Assembly: GCA_963739365.1 (NCBI GenBank)
Contig: CAVUAG010000009.1
Coordinates: forward strand, 28,715 to 92,714
From: an uncultured Chloroflexia bacterium
GTDB taxonomy: Bacteria > Chloroflexota > Limnocylindria > Limnocylindrales > CSP1-4
Reading direction: 5' to 3'
Length of the DNA stretch: 64,000 nt
Positions within the stretch are counted from its first letter, which is position 1. Each line of letters opens with the position of its first letter. Of this stretch, positions 42,214-52,879 are shown in pieces. The position numbers and the translations under genes were made by a program. The notes beneath the pieces were generated by a model. The model was not told where the DNA came from. It searched no databases and was given only the letters and a program-made list of their open reading frames with translations.

Positions 42214-42708
42214 TCAGCCGGCCGCGCCGGTCCCGACGAGCTCGCGCTCGGGTTGCGCATCGCTGGTCGCCGTGATCCGGATCTGCTTCGGCTTGACTTC
42301 CTCGGCCTTCGGAATGCGCAGCGTGAGGATCCCCAGCTCGTACGTCGCGCTGGCGCGGTCGCCGACGAGACCCTCCGGGAGCTCCAGCGTGCGGCTGAAG
42401 CTGGCCCGCCGAATCTCGTTGAGGATCCAGGACTCGTCATCGCGGCGCGCTTCCTCGCGCATCTCCCCCGAGATCGTGAGGGTCGTGCCGGTCAGGGTGA
42501 GCTCGACGTCCTCGGGCCGCCAGCCGGGAAGGCTGGCCTTCACGAGCAGCTCGTCCGGCGTGGTCGTGATGTCAAGCGCCGGCTCTGCCCCGAGGCTGAC
42601 GGTGCGCCAGGTGCGCGGGTGGAAGGCGTCGTCGTCGAAGAGGCGGTCGACGGCGCGGCGAAGGGTGAACAGCTCGTCGAACGGGTTGGCTCTGCGGATG
42701 ATGGTCAT
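42214..42708 (-). CDS. Hsp20/alpha-crystallin small heat-shock protein
   Basis: PALDI..T.DELLVKASLPG..PEDV, LTISGE, FSRTLELP, ATYELGILTLRIPKAEE. Confidence 0.93.
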   Translation of the reverse strand: MTIIRRANPFDELFTLRRAVDRLFDDDAFHPRTWRTVSLGAEPALDITTTPDELLVKASLPGWRPEDVELTLTGTTLTISGEMREEARRDDESWILNEIRRASFSRTLELPEGLVGDRASATYELGILTLRIPKAEEVKPKQIRITATSDAQPERELVGTGAAG

Positions 42709-42813
42709 GGTTCGAGCACCTCCGGGTGCGCTGAGTGGGTCTTCTTCCGGGCTCCACCCGGCCGGGTGACCGGATGGGAGGGCGCCGTGCGCCGCCTCAC
42801 CGGACACGACCGT

Positions 42814-42844
42814 AGGGTAGAACCATGACAATCATGTTGTCAAG
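42814..42844 (-). promoter_or_regulatory. Heat-shock operon promoter with an overlapping inverted-repeat operator
   Basis: Minus strand TTGACA, 18 bp, TACCCT; CTTGACA-N7-TGTCATG inverted repeat at 42824-42844 covers the -35. Confidence 0.75.
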
Positions 42845-43094
42845 AGTCTGCACATCGATGCGGCAGGGACAGCGAGGGCCGCCCCACACGAAGGCGCTCG
42901 TGGGCCCTCGATCCCGGTCGGGTCGTTGGCGCTGGCCACGGTGAGCTTGGCGTGGGAAGCCTGACGGCGCCGCCTCGCCCGCGGCTCGCCGACGCCCCCC
43001 GCGGCTCGCCGACGCCCCGCGACGCACAGCCCGCCCCGCGCCGCCGCGGCCCCGCGCCGCGCCGCGGCCCCGCGCCGCGCCGCGGCCCGCGCGA

Positions 43095-43763
43095 TCAGCC
43101 GGGGGTCGACACCCCGATCAGGATCTCGTGGAGGGCCGGCTCGCACTCCGATCGCCCCGTCGCGATCACCTTGTCGCCCGCCCGCAGGATCGTGTCGGGC
43201 TGGATCGCCTGGGCCACGTCGTCCCGGACGATGGCCACGATGGCGCAGGCCGCCGGCAGCTCGATGTCGCGGGGGTTTCGGCCGGTGGCCGGGGAGGCGT
43301 CGTCGAGGAGCGCCTCGACGAGCTCGAAGTCGCCTGACAGCTGGGCCAGGTGAAGGAGCTCGTAGACCGGGATCTCCTGCTCGATCGAGCCCAGGATCAT
43401 CCGCGTGGGTGACACCAGCTCGTCCACGCCGAGGTGGCTGAACAGCAGCTCGTTCTTCGGGTTGTTCACCCGGGCGATCGTCTTGGGCACTGTGAAGTGG
43501 TGCTTGGCCATCTGGCAGATGACCAGGTTGTCCTCGTCATCGCCGGTGACCGCCGCCACGACATCGGCCCGGTTTGCCCCGGCCTCGGCGAGTGCGCTGC
43601 CCTCGCAGCCGTCCTTGGCCACGACGATCGATCCGATCTCGTCGGCGATCTGGTCGGCTCGGACGCGGTCCTTCTCCATCAGGACCACCTCGTGGCCCGA
43701 CTCGCTCAGCTCCTTGGTGAGGTAGTAGCCGACCTTCCCACCGCCAACCACCAGCACGAACAT
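43095..43763 (-). CDS. trkA: TrkA-family K+ uptake regulatory protein (RCK_N + RCK_C)
   Basis: VVGGGKVG, DGCE..LAEAG..RADVV.AVTGDDEDNL, IARVNNP, C-terminal RCK_C. Confidence 0.92.
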   Translation of the reverse strand: MFVLVVGGGKVGYYLTKELSESGHEVVLMEKDRVRADQIADEIGSIVVAKDGCEGSALAEAGANRADVVAAVTGDDEDNLVICQMAKHHFTVPKTIARVNNPKNELLFSHLGVDELVSPTRMILGSIEQEIPVYELLHLAQLSGDFELVEALLDDASPATGRNPRDIELPAACAIVAIVRDDVAQAIQPDTILRAGDKVIATGRSECEPALHEILIGVSTPG

Positions 43764-43766
43764 GGC

Positions 43767-44280
43767 TCAGGCCTCCCGGGCGATCGAGTCGACGGCCGTC
43801 GAGTCCGCCGCTGGCCGTGTCTCCGTGGCAAGCCGCGTGGCCGTGGCTGGTCCCCTCTCGGACGGAGGGATCGCCGCTGGCCGGCTCACCGAGGGCGGTC
43901 AGCAGGGCATCTGCGATCAGCGTCGTCCGGCACATCGTCCCGATCCCCAGCTCGGCATAGGCCTGCGCCCGGACCGGGTCGTTGATCTTGGCGTAGGCGC
44001 GGTGGATGCCGAGCGACTCGAGGGCCAGCTGGGCGGACATGGCGTTGCGGTTGTCGCCCTCTGTCAGGGCCAGGAAGAGGTCGGCACCCTCCGCCCCGAT
44101 GCGGCGCAGGGTGTCCTCGTCGGTGCCATCGCCCCTGATGGCACTGCCCTGGAAGGTGGCGGGGAGGCGGTCGAATGACCGCGTGAAGAGATCGACGATC
44201 GTGACCTCGTGGCCCGTCGCGTCCAGCACCTGCGCCATCCTGGCGCCCACGCGGCCGCAGCCGACGATCACGGCTCTCAT
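43767..44280 (-). CDS. TrkA-family protein, RCK_N only (3' end uncertain, frameshift)
   Basis: MRAVIVGCGRVG, GDGTD, ADLFLALTEGDNRN, AKINDP. Confidence 0.85.
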
Positions 44281-44739
44281 GGTCGGTACTCCTCGGGCAT
44301 CGGCTCGCGTGACACCCAGACGGCGCACGGAGCGTTCTTCAGGACGTACGGCACGGTACGTCCGATCGCGAAGTCACCACCGAACTTCTTGCGATAGGGC
44401 AGGCCCACGACGAGCAGATCGGCGGCACGCTCGACGGCCTCGTCTACGAGGGCGGCTCCGACGTCGCGGGCCTGGACGAGGACCGCCTCGAGCGGATGCC
44501 GGCGTGCTCGGCCTGCGTCTCGGCCATGTCGAGCACGCGCTGGGCCGGCTCGCTGCATCTTGGGCGACGCCCGCGTCGAGGGGCAGGGTCCAGTCGATCT
44601 CGACGACATGGACCGCGACGACCTCCGCGTGGGCGGGCTTCGCCAGGTCGAGCACGACGCGCAGGATCCGCGCGTCTGATGGCCCCCCGTTGAGGGCGAC
44701 GACGGCTCTCCTGAATGAGGGAACGGACTTCTCGCTCAC
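44277..44739 (-). CDS. Universal stress protein (frameshifted)
   Basis: RAVVALNG, VHVVE, QARDVGAALVDEA...ADLLVVG, GRTVPYVLKNAPCAVWV. Confidence 0.85.
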
Positions 44740-44850
44740 GGGACTGGACGGTCCTCCGGATCAAGGCTGCGCCTCACACCGAATCGGCGTCACGGAGGCG
44801 ACCCAGCCTCACACGATAGCACCGCCGCACGCACCCGTCGGTCCCGCGGG

Positions 44851-46904
44851 TCAGTCGGCCTCGCTCGCTTCATCGTCCGGTCGCCGGAACGCCGCGGGCT
44901 CCTCTCGCCGGTACGGGACGTTGGTGACGACCGTGTCGGGTCGACCGAGCAGGGCCCGCCGCAGCTCGTTCGTGGACTGGTTGTAGAGAAGCCGCTCCCA
45001 CCAGTGGCGCGGCACGAACTCGGGGATCACGACGAAGGTGACAGGGGCCTCCTTGTCGGGCGGCCAGGTCTGGTCGAGGACCTCGAGGTAGGCGAGCAGC
45101 GGGCCGGTCAGGGCGCGATACGGGCTCTCGACGACGATGAGCGGGCACACCCGGCACCTGGAGATCCCACGCCGTCCGGACCTCCTCCGCGTAGGCTGCA
45201 TCCTCCGAGACAAGGACGGCCCGGATGTCGGTCGAGACGGAGCGTCCGACGTTGACGGCCTGGATGACCGCGCGGTTGAGGCCGCTCACCGGGACCACCA
45301 CGCGCTCGTGGCGGCGGGGCAGCGGGGCGACCTGGTCGGGGCGCAGGGCCACCTGCGCCCGGGATGCGGCGTACTGGCGGTGGATGAACTGGAAGACGAG
45401 GATCTGCAGCGGGATCAGGATGATGACCAGCCATGCCCCATCGACGAACTTGACGCTCGCGACGACCGCCAGCACGAGGAGCGTCAGGATCCCGCCGAAG
45501 GCGTTGATGCCCGCCCGCCATTGCCAGCCGGGCTCCCGCACGGCGAACCAGTGGCGAACCATCCCCGCCTGGGAGAGCGTGAAGCAGACGAAGACGCCCA
45601 CCGAGTAGAGCGGGATGAGCGCGTGGGTGTCCCCGTCGAAGAGCACGAGGATCGTCCCCGCGACGGTCGCGAGGACGACGATCCCCCAGGAGAAGGCGAG
45701 GCGGTCGCCACGGAACCCGAACTGGCGCGGCATGTACTCGTCCTGGGCCAGGATCGCCGCGAGCCGGGGGAACGCGTTGAAGCTGGTGTTCACTGCGAGG
45801 AAGAGGATCAGCGCCGTCGCGGCCTGGAAGAGGAGGAACGGGACCGTTCCGTCGCCGAAGACCGCGGCCGCGACCATCGCGACGACCGTCGGTCCGCCCT
45901 CCTCGGTGGGCCGGATCCCGAACCCGTCGGCGACGATCGTGATCCCGATGAAGAGGACGCCGAGGAGGATCGCCATCGCCAGCATCGTGTTGGCGGCGTT
46001 CTTTGCCTCGGGCGGCTTGAACGCCGGCACCCCGTTGGCGATCGCCTCCACGCCGGTCAGGGCCACCGACCCGGCGGCGAAGGCCCGGAGGATCAGGATG
46101 ATCCCCAGCGCCTGCGTGCCCAGCGGGACGAGCTGGTCCTCGGGCGGCGACGTGACCGGGGCACCGCCAGTGGCGATCCGGGCAACCCCCAGGGCGATCA
46201 TCAGGAGCGTCATCCCGACGAAGATGTAGGTCGGGCTGGCGAACAGGAGCCCTGCCTCGCGTAGCCCCCGGAGGTTGGCGACGGTGATCAGGGCGATCGC
46301 CGCGAGGGCGATCTCGATGCGGATCTCGTAGAGCTCCGGGACCACCGAGTAGATCTGCGAGACCGCCGACGAAGTCGAGACCGCGACGGTCATGACGTAG
46401 TCGATGAGCAGCGCGGCTGCTGCCACGAGGCCGGCAAGGTGCGAGATGTTCTCGCGCGCCACCACGTACGCGCCACCGCCCGACGGGTAGGCGCGGCAGA
46501 CCTGGCGATAGGAGAGGGAGACGACGGTTAGAAGACCCACGATCGCGAAGGCCATCTCGATCGAGAGGAGCAGGGCCCCCGCCCCGGCGACCACGAAGAC
46601 CCGCAGGATCTCCTCCGTCGCGTAGGCGGAGGAGCTGATCGCGTCGGAGCTGAAGATCGGGAGGGCGAGCTTCTTCGGCAGCCGCTCGAAGGCCTCCTCT
46701 TCGTTGGAGAGCCGGCGCCCGAAGAGGAAGCGGCGGAAGGCTCTGCCCCCGTCCGCGCGACGCCGCGGGGGCCAGCGACGCGGACGCCTTCGCGGTCATC
46801 ATGCCGGGCCCCGTGTACCGGAAGTACGCCGAGTGGGGCCGCTCCACCCGTACCCGGCGGTCGGCGACCTTGCGTCCTTGGAGCGGCCGTCGTCCGCCGA
46901 TCAC
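44851..46904 (-). CDS. APC-superfamily permease, KimA/YdaO-like K+/H+ symporter, paralog 2 (frameshifted)
   Basis: FSSDAISSSAYATEE, SYRQ..AYPSGGGAY, LLIDYVMTVAVS, GVEAIANGVPAFK, LIPLYSVGVF, VESPYR, LLYNQ. Confidence 0.88.
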
Positions 46905-48986
46905 GGGGCGGCCCGATCCTGTTCGGAAGGCGTGGCCTCGCTCCGGTCCACGTCAGATGCCGGAGCGCCCGCCAGGCCCTCCACGCTCCGGTACGGCACG
47001 TCGAGGACGACCGTGTGCACCCGGCCGACGAGCTGCGCCCGGAGCCGACGGGCCCCCTGGTTGTAGAGGAAGCGATCCCACCAGTAGCGGCCGACGTACT
47101 CGGGGAGGATCACGACCGTCGTCGGCACCTCCTTGTCGGGCGACCACGTCCGGTCGAGGACGTCGAGGTAGGCCACGACGGGTCCGATCAGGGCACGGTA
47201 CGGGGACTCCACGACGACGAACGGCACGTCGGGCAGCTGACGGATCCACCGCTCCCGCAGGGCGTCGCCGGCGTCGGGATCGACCGTCACGTAGACCGCC
47301 CGGATGTCGTCGCTCAGCGTGCGCCCCACGTTCACTGCCTGGACCACCGCCCGGTTGATGCCGTTGACCGTCACGACCACGCGCTGGGTCCGGTGTGGCC
47401 GGGGGATCTCGGCGTCGGCGGCCACGAGCAGCTCGGCCTCCTGGCCTCGGTACTGGGCGCGCACCCAGCGCATCAGGCCGACCAGGATCGGGGACGGTGA
47501 TGAGGACGATCCAGGCCCCGTTGGGGATCTTGGACGCGGCGCTGATGACGAAGACGAGCCCGGTGACGAGCGCCCCGACGAGGTTCAGGCCGAGCTTCCA
47601 TCGCCAGCCGCCGCCCCGCTCCTCGTACCAGTGGCGGACCATGCCGGCCTGGGAGATGGCGAACGAGAGGAAGATCCCGATCGAGTAGAGCGGGATCAGG
47701 GCCGGGACCGACGCGTCGAAGAGCCAGATCAGCAGGCACGCGAAGCCGGCCAGGATTGCGATCCCCCAGCTGAACGCGAGACGGTCGCCCACGATCGCGA
47801 ACTGGCGGGGCATGTACCCGTCGACCGCCAGGATCCGGGCCAGGCGCGGCGCGCCGTTGAAGCCGGTGTTGGCGGCCAGGATGAGGATGAGCGTCGTCAC
47901 CGCCTGGAAGAGCACGAAGGCCAGCCCGTCCCCGAAGACCTGCTGCGCGACCTGGGCGATGAGGGTGACCTCCTCGCGCCGGGTCCGGGACGATGCCGAA
48001 CGCGAAGGCGAGGACGGACACGCCAACGAAGATCGTCCCGAGCAGGAGCCCCATCGCGGTCATCGTGTTCGCGGCATTGCGCGCCTCGGGTGGCTTGAAG
48101 GCGGGCACGCCGTTCGTGATCGCCTCCGTCCCGCTGAGCGCCACCGAGCCGAAGGCGAACGCCCGGACGATGAGGATCACGGACAGGGCCTCGAAGCCGC
48201 CCTCGGGCGGCACCACGCTCGGGGATCGGGAACGTCGCGGCCGGGTCGCCGGTCACGATCCGGGCGACCCCGATGCCGATCAGCGCCAGGGCGCCGACCA
48301 CGTAGGCGTAGGTCGGGACCGCGAAGAGGTTGCCGGACTCGCGCAGGCCGCGCAGGTTTGCCACCGCGAGGAGGATCGTGGCGAGGATGGACAGCTCTGT
48401 CCGGTAGGGCAGGAGCTCCGGGACCACCGAGGTGATCGCCGCGATGCCTGCCGCGATGGATACCGCCACGGTCATCATGTAGTCGAAGAGGAGCGCCGCG
48501 GCCGCAAGCAGCGCGACCGGCACCCCGAGGTTCGCCCGGGCCACCGCGTAGGCACCGCCACCCGACGGGTAGGCGTGGCAGACCTGCCGGTAGGACGTGG
48601 TCACGATGACGAGCAGGCCTGCGATCGCGAGGGCGATCGGCACCGACCAGACCACCGCCGCGCCCCCGGCGAGGACGAGGATTCGGAGGATCTCCTCGGA
48701 GGCGTAGGCGGAGGAGCTGATGGCGTCGGAGCTGAAGACGGCGAGCGCCTTCGGCTTGGAGAGCCGCTCGCCGATCTCCTCCTCGCTCGCGAGGGGCCGT
48801 CCGATGGCGACGGCCTTCACCCTGGCCCAGGCTCGCCCGATCGCCGGTCTTGGGTGCGCTCGCCGCCCGCTTCGCGGTGAGCTGGCCGGGGCCGGTGTAG
48901 CGGAAGTACGCGCTGTGCGGCCGCTCGATCCGGACGCGCCGGTCGCCGACCTTCCGGCCGCTCAGCGGGCGGCGTCCTCCGATCAT
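46901..48986 (-). CDS. APC-superfamily permease, KimA/YdaO-like K+/H+ symporter, paralog 1 (frameshifted)
   Basis: FSSDAISSSAYASEE, AYPSGGGAY, LLFDYMMTVAVS, GTEAITNGVPAFK, LIPLYSIGIF, VESPYR, FLYNQ. Confidence 0.88.
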
Positions 48987-48988
48987 GG

Positions 48989-49712
48989 TCAGTCGCCCCC
49001 GGCCAGGCGATCGGCCAGCCATCCCGGCAGGCCCGGCGGCCCGGATGTCGGCCTGGGTCGTCGCGATCGGGTAGGCCACGCGGTGCCAGGTGACGCGCTG
49101 CATCTCCGTGTCCAGGACCAGCGCGCTGGCCCGCGGGTCGCCGTCGCGCGGCTGCCCCACGCTGCCCGGGTTGAGGAGGAGGCGTCGTCCGTCGAGCGCC
49201 AGGGTCGAGCCGTCGGACGGCCCGAGCGCCTCCACGTGCCCATCGTCGTCGCGCCACGCGGCGGGGACGTGGGTGTGCCCGTGGAGGCAGTAGGGCGTCA
49301 CGAGCACGGCGAGGTTCGCCCGCGCGTCGGGCGTCGTGGTGATGTACTCCCAGGTCGGGTCGCGCGGGCTCCCGTGGACCAGGGTCATCTCCCCCAGCTC
49401 GGCCCGCTCGGGAAGGTCGGCCAGCCAGGCCCGGGTCTCGGGGGAGATCCGCCGCGCCGTCCACTCCACCGCCCGGCGGGCGGCCGGGTTGAACCACTCC
49501 ACGCCCAGGCTGCCGAGGGCCGCGGCATCGTGGTTGCCGCGCACGCCCGTGGCCCCGATCTCCCGCAGGCGCGCCACGACCTCGTCGGGATGGGGCCCGT
49601 ACCCAACCACGTCGCCCAGCTGCCAGACGGCGTCGACGTCGCCCAGTGCCGCGAGCACCGCGTCGAGCGCCGGGAGGTTCGCATGGATGTCCGACAGGAC
49701 CGCGACTCGCAT
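48989..49712 (-). CDS. Calcineurin-like metallophosphoesterase (YfcE/MJ0912-like)
   Basis: SDIHAN, LGDVVGYG, RGNHD, VHGSP, HGHTH, NPGSVGQPRDGDPRAS; frameshift near the end. Confidence 0.92.
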
Positions 49713-49755
49713 CGCCGCGGAGCGTATCGCGGCGCCGCCCGTCGCGTGCGGCCGG

Positions 49756-50536
49756 TCACCAGGGACGGCGCTTCCGGTCGGCGGGCGGGCGCGGCCACTC
49801 TCGTGCCGTGGACCCGCCCTTGCGGACGACGACGAGCCGGTGGTCCTCCAGGCCGTCGATCGTCGCTGGAAGCGGAGCGACTTCCAGGCTCCCGCCGCCC
49901 AGCGCCGCGACGGCCCGCAGCGCCCGATCCTGCTCATCGCCGAGGCCTGCCCGCTTCCAGGCCAGGAGAATGCCGCCGGGAACGAGGAGAGGGAAGGCGA
50001 GCTCGACGAGCTCGGGGAGCGACGCGACGGCGCGGACCGTGACCGCCGGCCAGCGCTCGCGATGGAGGTGATCGGCTGCCAGGTCCTCGGCCCGGACGGC
50101 GGCCACCGCCGCCCGGTCGGCAACGCCGGCAGCCGCCACGGCGACCTCCAGGAACGCGGCCTTCTTGACGATCGAGTCGACGAGCAGGGCGCGCTCCGCC
50201 GGCAGGGCCAGGGCGAGGGGAAGCCCGGGATAGCCACCCCCGGAGCCGAGGTCGACGAACCGGCGCACGCCGGCCTCCCGCAGGAGCGGGACCGCCGCAA
50301 GGCTGTCGAGCAGGTGGCCCACGACCGCCGCCTCGGGATCGCGGATGGCGGTCAGGTTGATCGCCGCTCGTCCACGCCAGGAGAAGGCGGAGGTGCCCGA
50401 GGATCCCGTCGCGAGCGCTGTCAGGCAGGTCTCCCAGGCCGAGCGACGCGCAGCCGGCGTCGAACCGGGCGATCGCCGCATCCGGAAGCTCGGGACAGAG
50501 AGAAGGATCGGCCGGGAGCGGCGCACGGTTGCCCAT
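49756..50536 (-). CDS. rsmG: 16S rRNA m7G527 methyltransferase (frameshifted)
   Basis: INLTAI, HLLDSL, DLGSGGGYPGLPLA, DSIVKKAAFL, RAED, RAVA. Confidence 0.92.
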
Positions 50537-50759
50537 GGGACCCTCCGTCGCGTCGTGCGGGCCCCGGGCATCCGGACCGCGCCGCTCCCGGCCGGTGATC
50601 GGCTCGCACCGGCTGGACCTGGGAGGACGGTCTCTCGACGCTCGTCCGGTTGGCGGCCCGGGTCTCCCCGTGCCCCTCGCGACCGCCGCCCCCCGTCATC
50701 GGGTCCGCTGTCGATGCGGACCGTGATCGTTCGACCGCCGCTCCCGGCCGTCAACGGGG

Positions 50760-50813
50760 TTATCCACCGGGTTATCCACGATCTGCCGCACGACGCGAGG
50801 CGCTGGTGGAAAA
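50760..50813. promoter_or_regulatory. Cluster of three DnaA-box-like 9-mers
   Basis: TTATCCACC (50760), TTATCCACG (50772) and reverse TTTTCCACC (50805-50813), each one mismatch from TT(A/T)TNCACA, in a GC-rich intergenic region. Confidence 0.6.
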
Positions 50814-50847
50814 CCCGGGTCCGGCCGGCGACCCGAGTCGCGACGCG

Positions 50848-52389
50848 TCAGGCGGCGTCGACCGCCGGCATCTCGGCGCTCCGCGGCCCGCCGTCCACCC
50901 GCTCGGCACCCCCCGCGGGATCGTCCATGCCCGGCGCGCCGGGTCCTGCTTGTCGGGCGGCGGCGCGACCGCCGATCCCGCCCCCGGCGCGGAGCGCTCG
51001 CAGGACGGCCCGCTCCTCGAGCCCGATCTCCTCGGCCTCGGCCGCGCCCCGGATCGCCGCCGCGACCACGCCGCGGGGGATCTCGGCGACGGCCGGGAGG
51101 CCGACGACGAACGCCGACCCGCTGGCGGGGACCGATGCCAGCGCCACGTCGCCGCCCATCGCCCGGGCCAGGTCGCGGCTGATCGGCAGCCCGAGGCCGG
51201 TTCCCGGGATCCGCTCGTGGCCCTCGAGACGGGCGAACGGCCGGAAGACCCGCTCGAGGTCGCCCCGCTCGATCCCCGGCCCCTCGTCGCGCACGATGAT
51301 GAGCGCCACGGGGCCGTCGACCCGGGCGCCCAGCTCGACGAGCCCGCCCTCCGGGGAGAACTTGCAGGCGTTGGCCGCGAGGTTCGCCACGATCTGCTCG
51401 ACCCGGCGCCGGTCGACTCGGGCCGTGCGGATTCGCGGCGGGAGGTCGGTCACCAGTCGGACGCGGCGCCCCGCAGCGAGCGGCGCAAGGGGCGAGATGG
51501 CCCGTTCGCAGATCTCCGTGAGCGAGCAGGCCTCGATCTCCAGGCTGAGGCTGCCCGCCTCGATCCGACTGAGCTCGAGGAGGTCGCCGACCAGTGATGC
51601 CATGCGCTCGACGATGCCCTGCCCGCGCTCCACGAACTCCCGTCCGATCTCCGGATCGTCCACCGCGCCGCCGGCCAGGAGGTCGAGGTAGCCCCCGAGA
51701 CCGGCGAGCGGTGTCCGGAGCTCGTGGGCGACCATGGACACGAAACGCTCGCGCTCGCGCTCCCGGGCCCGCAGGGTGGTCCGTTCGGCCTCGTCGGCCG
51801 CCCGCGCGGTCGCGGCCGCCAGGGCGGCCAGCACGTGGCGGAGCGTCGCGGCGGGGAGGCGTGCCGCGACGGCCGCCGCGTCGTCCGGGCTCACGAGCTC
51901 CAGGCCGAGCTGGACCTTCGCCCCGGGGACGTCGAGGCGGAGGAGACGCTCGACCAGCGCCGCGGTGGGAGGTTCGAGCACGATCCCGGCCGGGCTTCGT
52001 CGGGCGCGCACGACTGCGACCTCGGCCGGGGCCGCTGCGGCCCGGACCGCGGCAGGTCGGGCCGCGCGGGCGTCGAGCCACGCCGCCAGCTCCAGCGCGT
52101 CGGCCGTCTCCTCGCCCGGTTCCGCGCTCACGAGGACCCGGCGGGTCGGGTGGTCGGTCACGATCGCCGCGCGGCGCGCCCCGACGACGCGCGCGACCAG
52201 GGCCAGGATCTCGGCTACGTGGGTCGCGGCGTCACCCGGGCCGGCGAGCACGTCGAGGGCCCGGGCCAGCAGGGCCCGCTCCTCGTGGGCGGCGAGGTCC
52301 TCGTCGCGCCGGAAGGTCCGTCGGCGTTCCGTGAACGGGGACGGCGCGGGGACGGCCGGCAGCGAGGGACGGCTGGGGTGGTGCTCCAT
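50848..52389 (-). CDS. Cytoplasmic sensor histidine kinase (HisKA + HATPase)
   Basis: VAHELRTPL H-box, NLAANACKF N-box, DEGPGI, F box, GTGLGL; no TM segment. Confidence 0.9.
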   Translation of the reverse strand: MEHHPSRPSLPAVPAPSPFTERRRTFRRDEDLAAHEERALLARALDVLAGPGDAATHVAEILALVARVVGARRAAIVTDHPTRRVLVSAEPGEETADALELAAWLDARAARPAAVRAAAAPAEVAVVRARRSPAGIVLEPPTAALVERLLRLDVPGAKVQLGLELVSPDDAAAVAARLPAATLRHVLAALAAATARAADEAERTTLRARERERERFVSMVAHELRTPLAGLGGYLDLLAGGAVDDPEIGREFVERGQGIVERMASLVGDLLELSRIEAGSLSLEIEACSLTEICERAISPLAPLAAGRRVRLVTDLPPRIRTARVDRRRVEQIVANLAANACKFSPEGGLVELGARVDGPVALIIVRDEGPGIERGDLERVFRPFARLEGHERIPGTGLGLPISRDLARAMGGDVALASVPASGSAFVVGLPAVAEIPRGVVAAAIRGAAEAEEIGLEERAVLRALRAGGGIGGRAAARQAGPGAPGMDDPAGGAERVDGGPRSAEMPAVDAA

Positions 52390-52469
52390 GCATGCCGGAG
52401 GGTGCGCGCGGGCACCGGCGGCGGGCCATCCCCCGAGCGTCGCACGCGGACGGCCGGAAGTACCGAGCG

Positions 52470-52846
52470 TCAGGCGCGCGGCGCGCTCCGCACCGGGCGA
52501 CCGAGCGTCCGGCGAACGACGTCGAGCACCTCTTCGACGTACTGGTCGGCCTCGCCCCGCTCCGCCGCCGTCCGGACGCAGCCCTGCACGTGGTCCTCCA
52601 GGACCATGATCGAGACCGCGTCGATCGCGGCCCGGAGCGCTGCGGTCTGCTGGAGGATGTCCACGCAGTACTCCTCGCGCTCGATCATCCGTCCAATCCC
52701 GCGCACCTGGCCCTCGATCCGGCTGAGGCGGCGGATGAGCTGGGCGCGGTCGCGCGTGTAGCTGTGGCGAAAGGCCGCCTCGTCGGCGCCGGCGTCGCCG
52801 GCGCGCGTCGGCGTGCGCGCGTTCCGCTCTGGTCGCCCGGCGTCAT
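52470..52846 (-). CDS. csoR: CsoR/RcnR-family metal-sensing repressor (5' frameshift)
   Basis: RRLSRIEGQVRGI..MIE...YCVDIL.Q....EDHVQGCV carries the Cys/His/Cys copper-type ligand set. Confidence 0.88.
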
Positions 52847-52879
52847 GGTCGTCGTTCTCCGGTGGGGTGGGTGGCGGCT

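Noticed and set aside
34915-42275. Very long + strand ORFs (e.g. 34915-38181, 39372-42275; likewise 17493-20762)
   Set aside because: They are antisense shadows of clpB, lon and the nuo genes, expected from high-GC codon bias, with no recognisable motifs.
42780-42860. CIRCE or canonical HAIR element
   Set aside because: Neither TTAGCACTC-N9-GAGTGCTAA nor CTTGAGT-N7-ACTCAAG is present; only the variant reported above.
42960-43092. GC-only short tandem repeats after trkA
   Set aside because: Low-complexity CCGCG iterations with no evident structure or coding role; could be slippage or a sequencing artefact.
48986-49760. c-di-AMP (ydaO) riboswitch ahead of the KimA genes
   Set aside because: There is no leader: the first kimA starts 2 bp after the phosphoesterase, which itself looks leaderless.
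50700-50850. Chromosomal origin oriC
   Set aside because: Only three imperfect boxes, no AT-rich unwinding element, and no dnaA, dnaN or parAB in the window.
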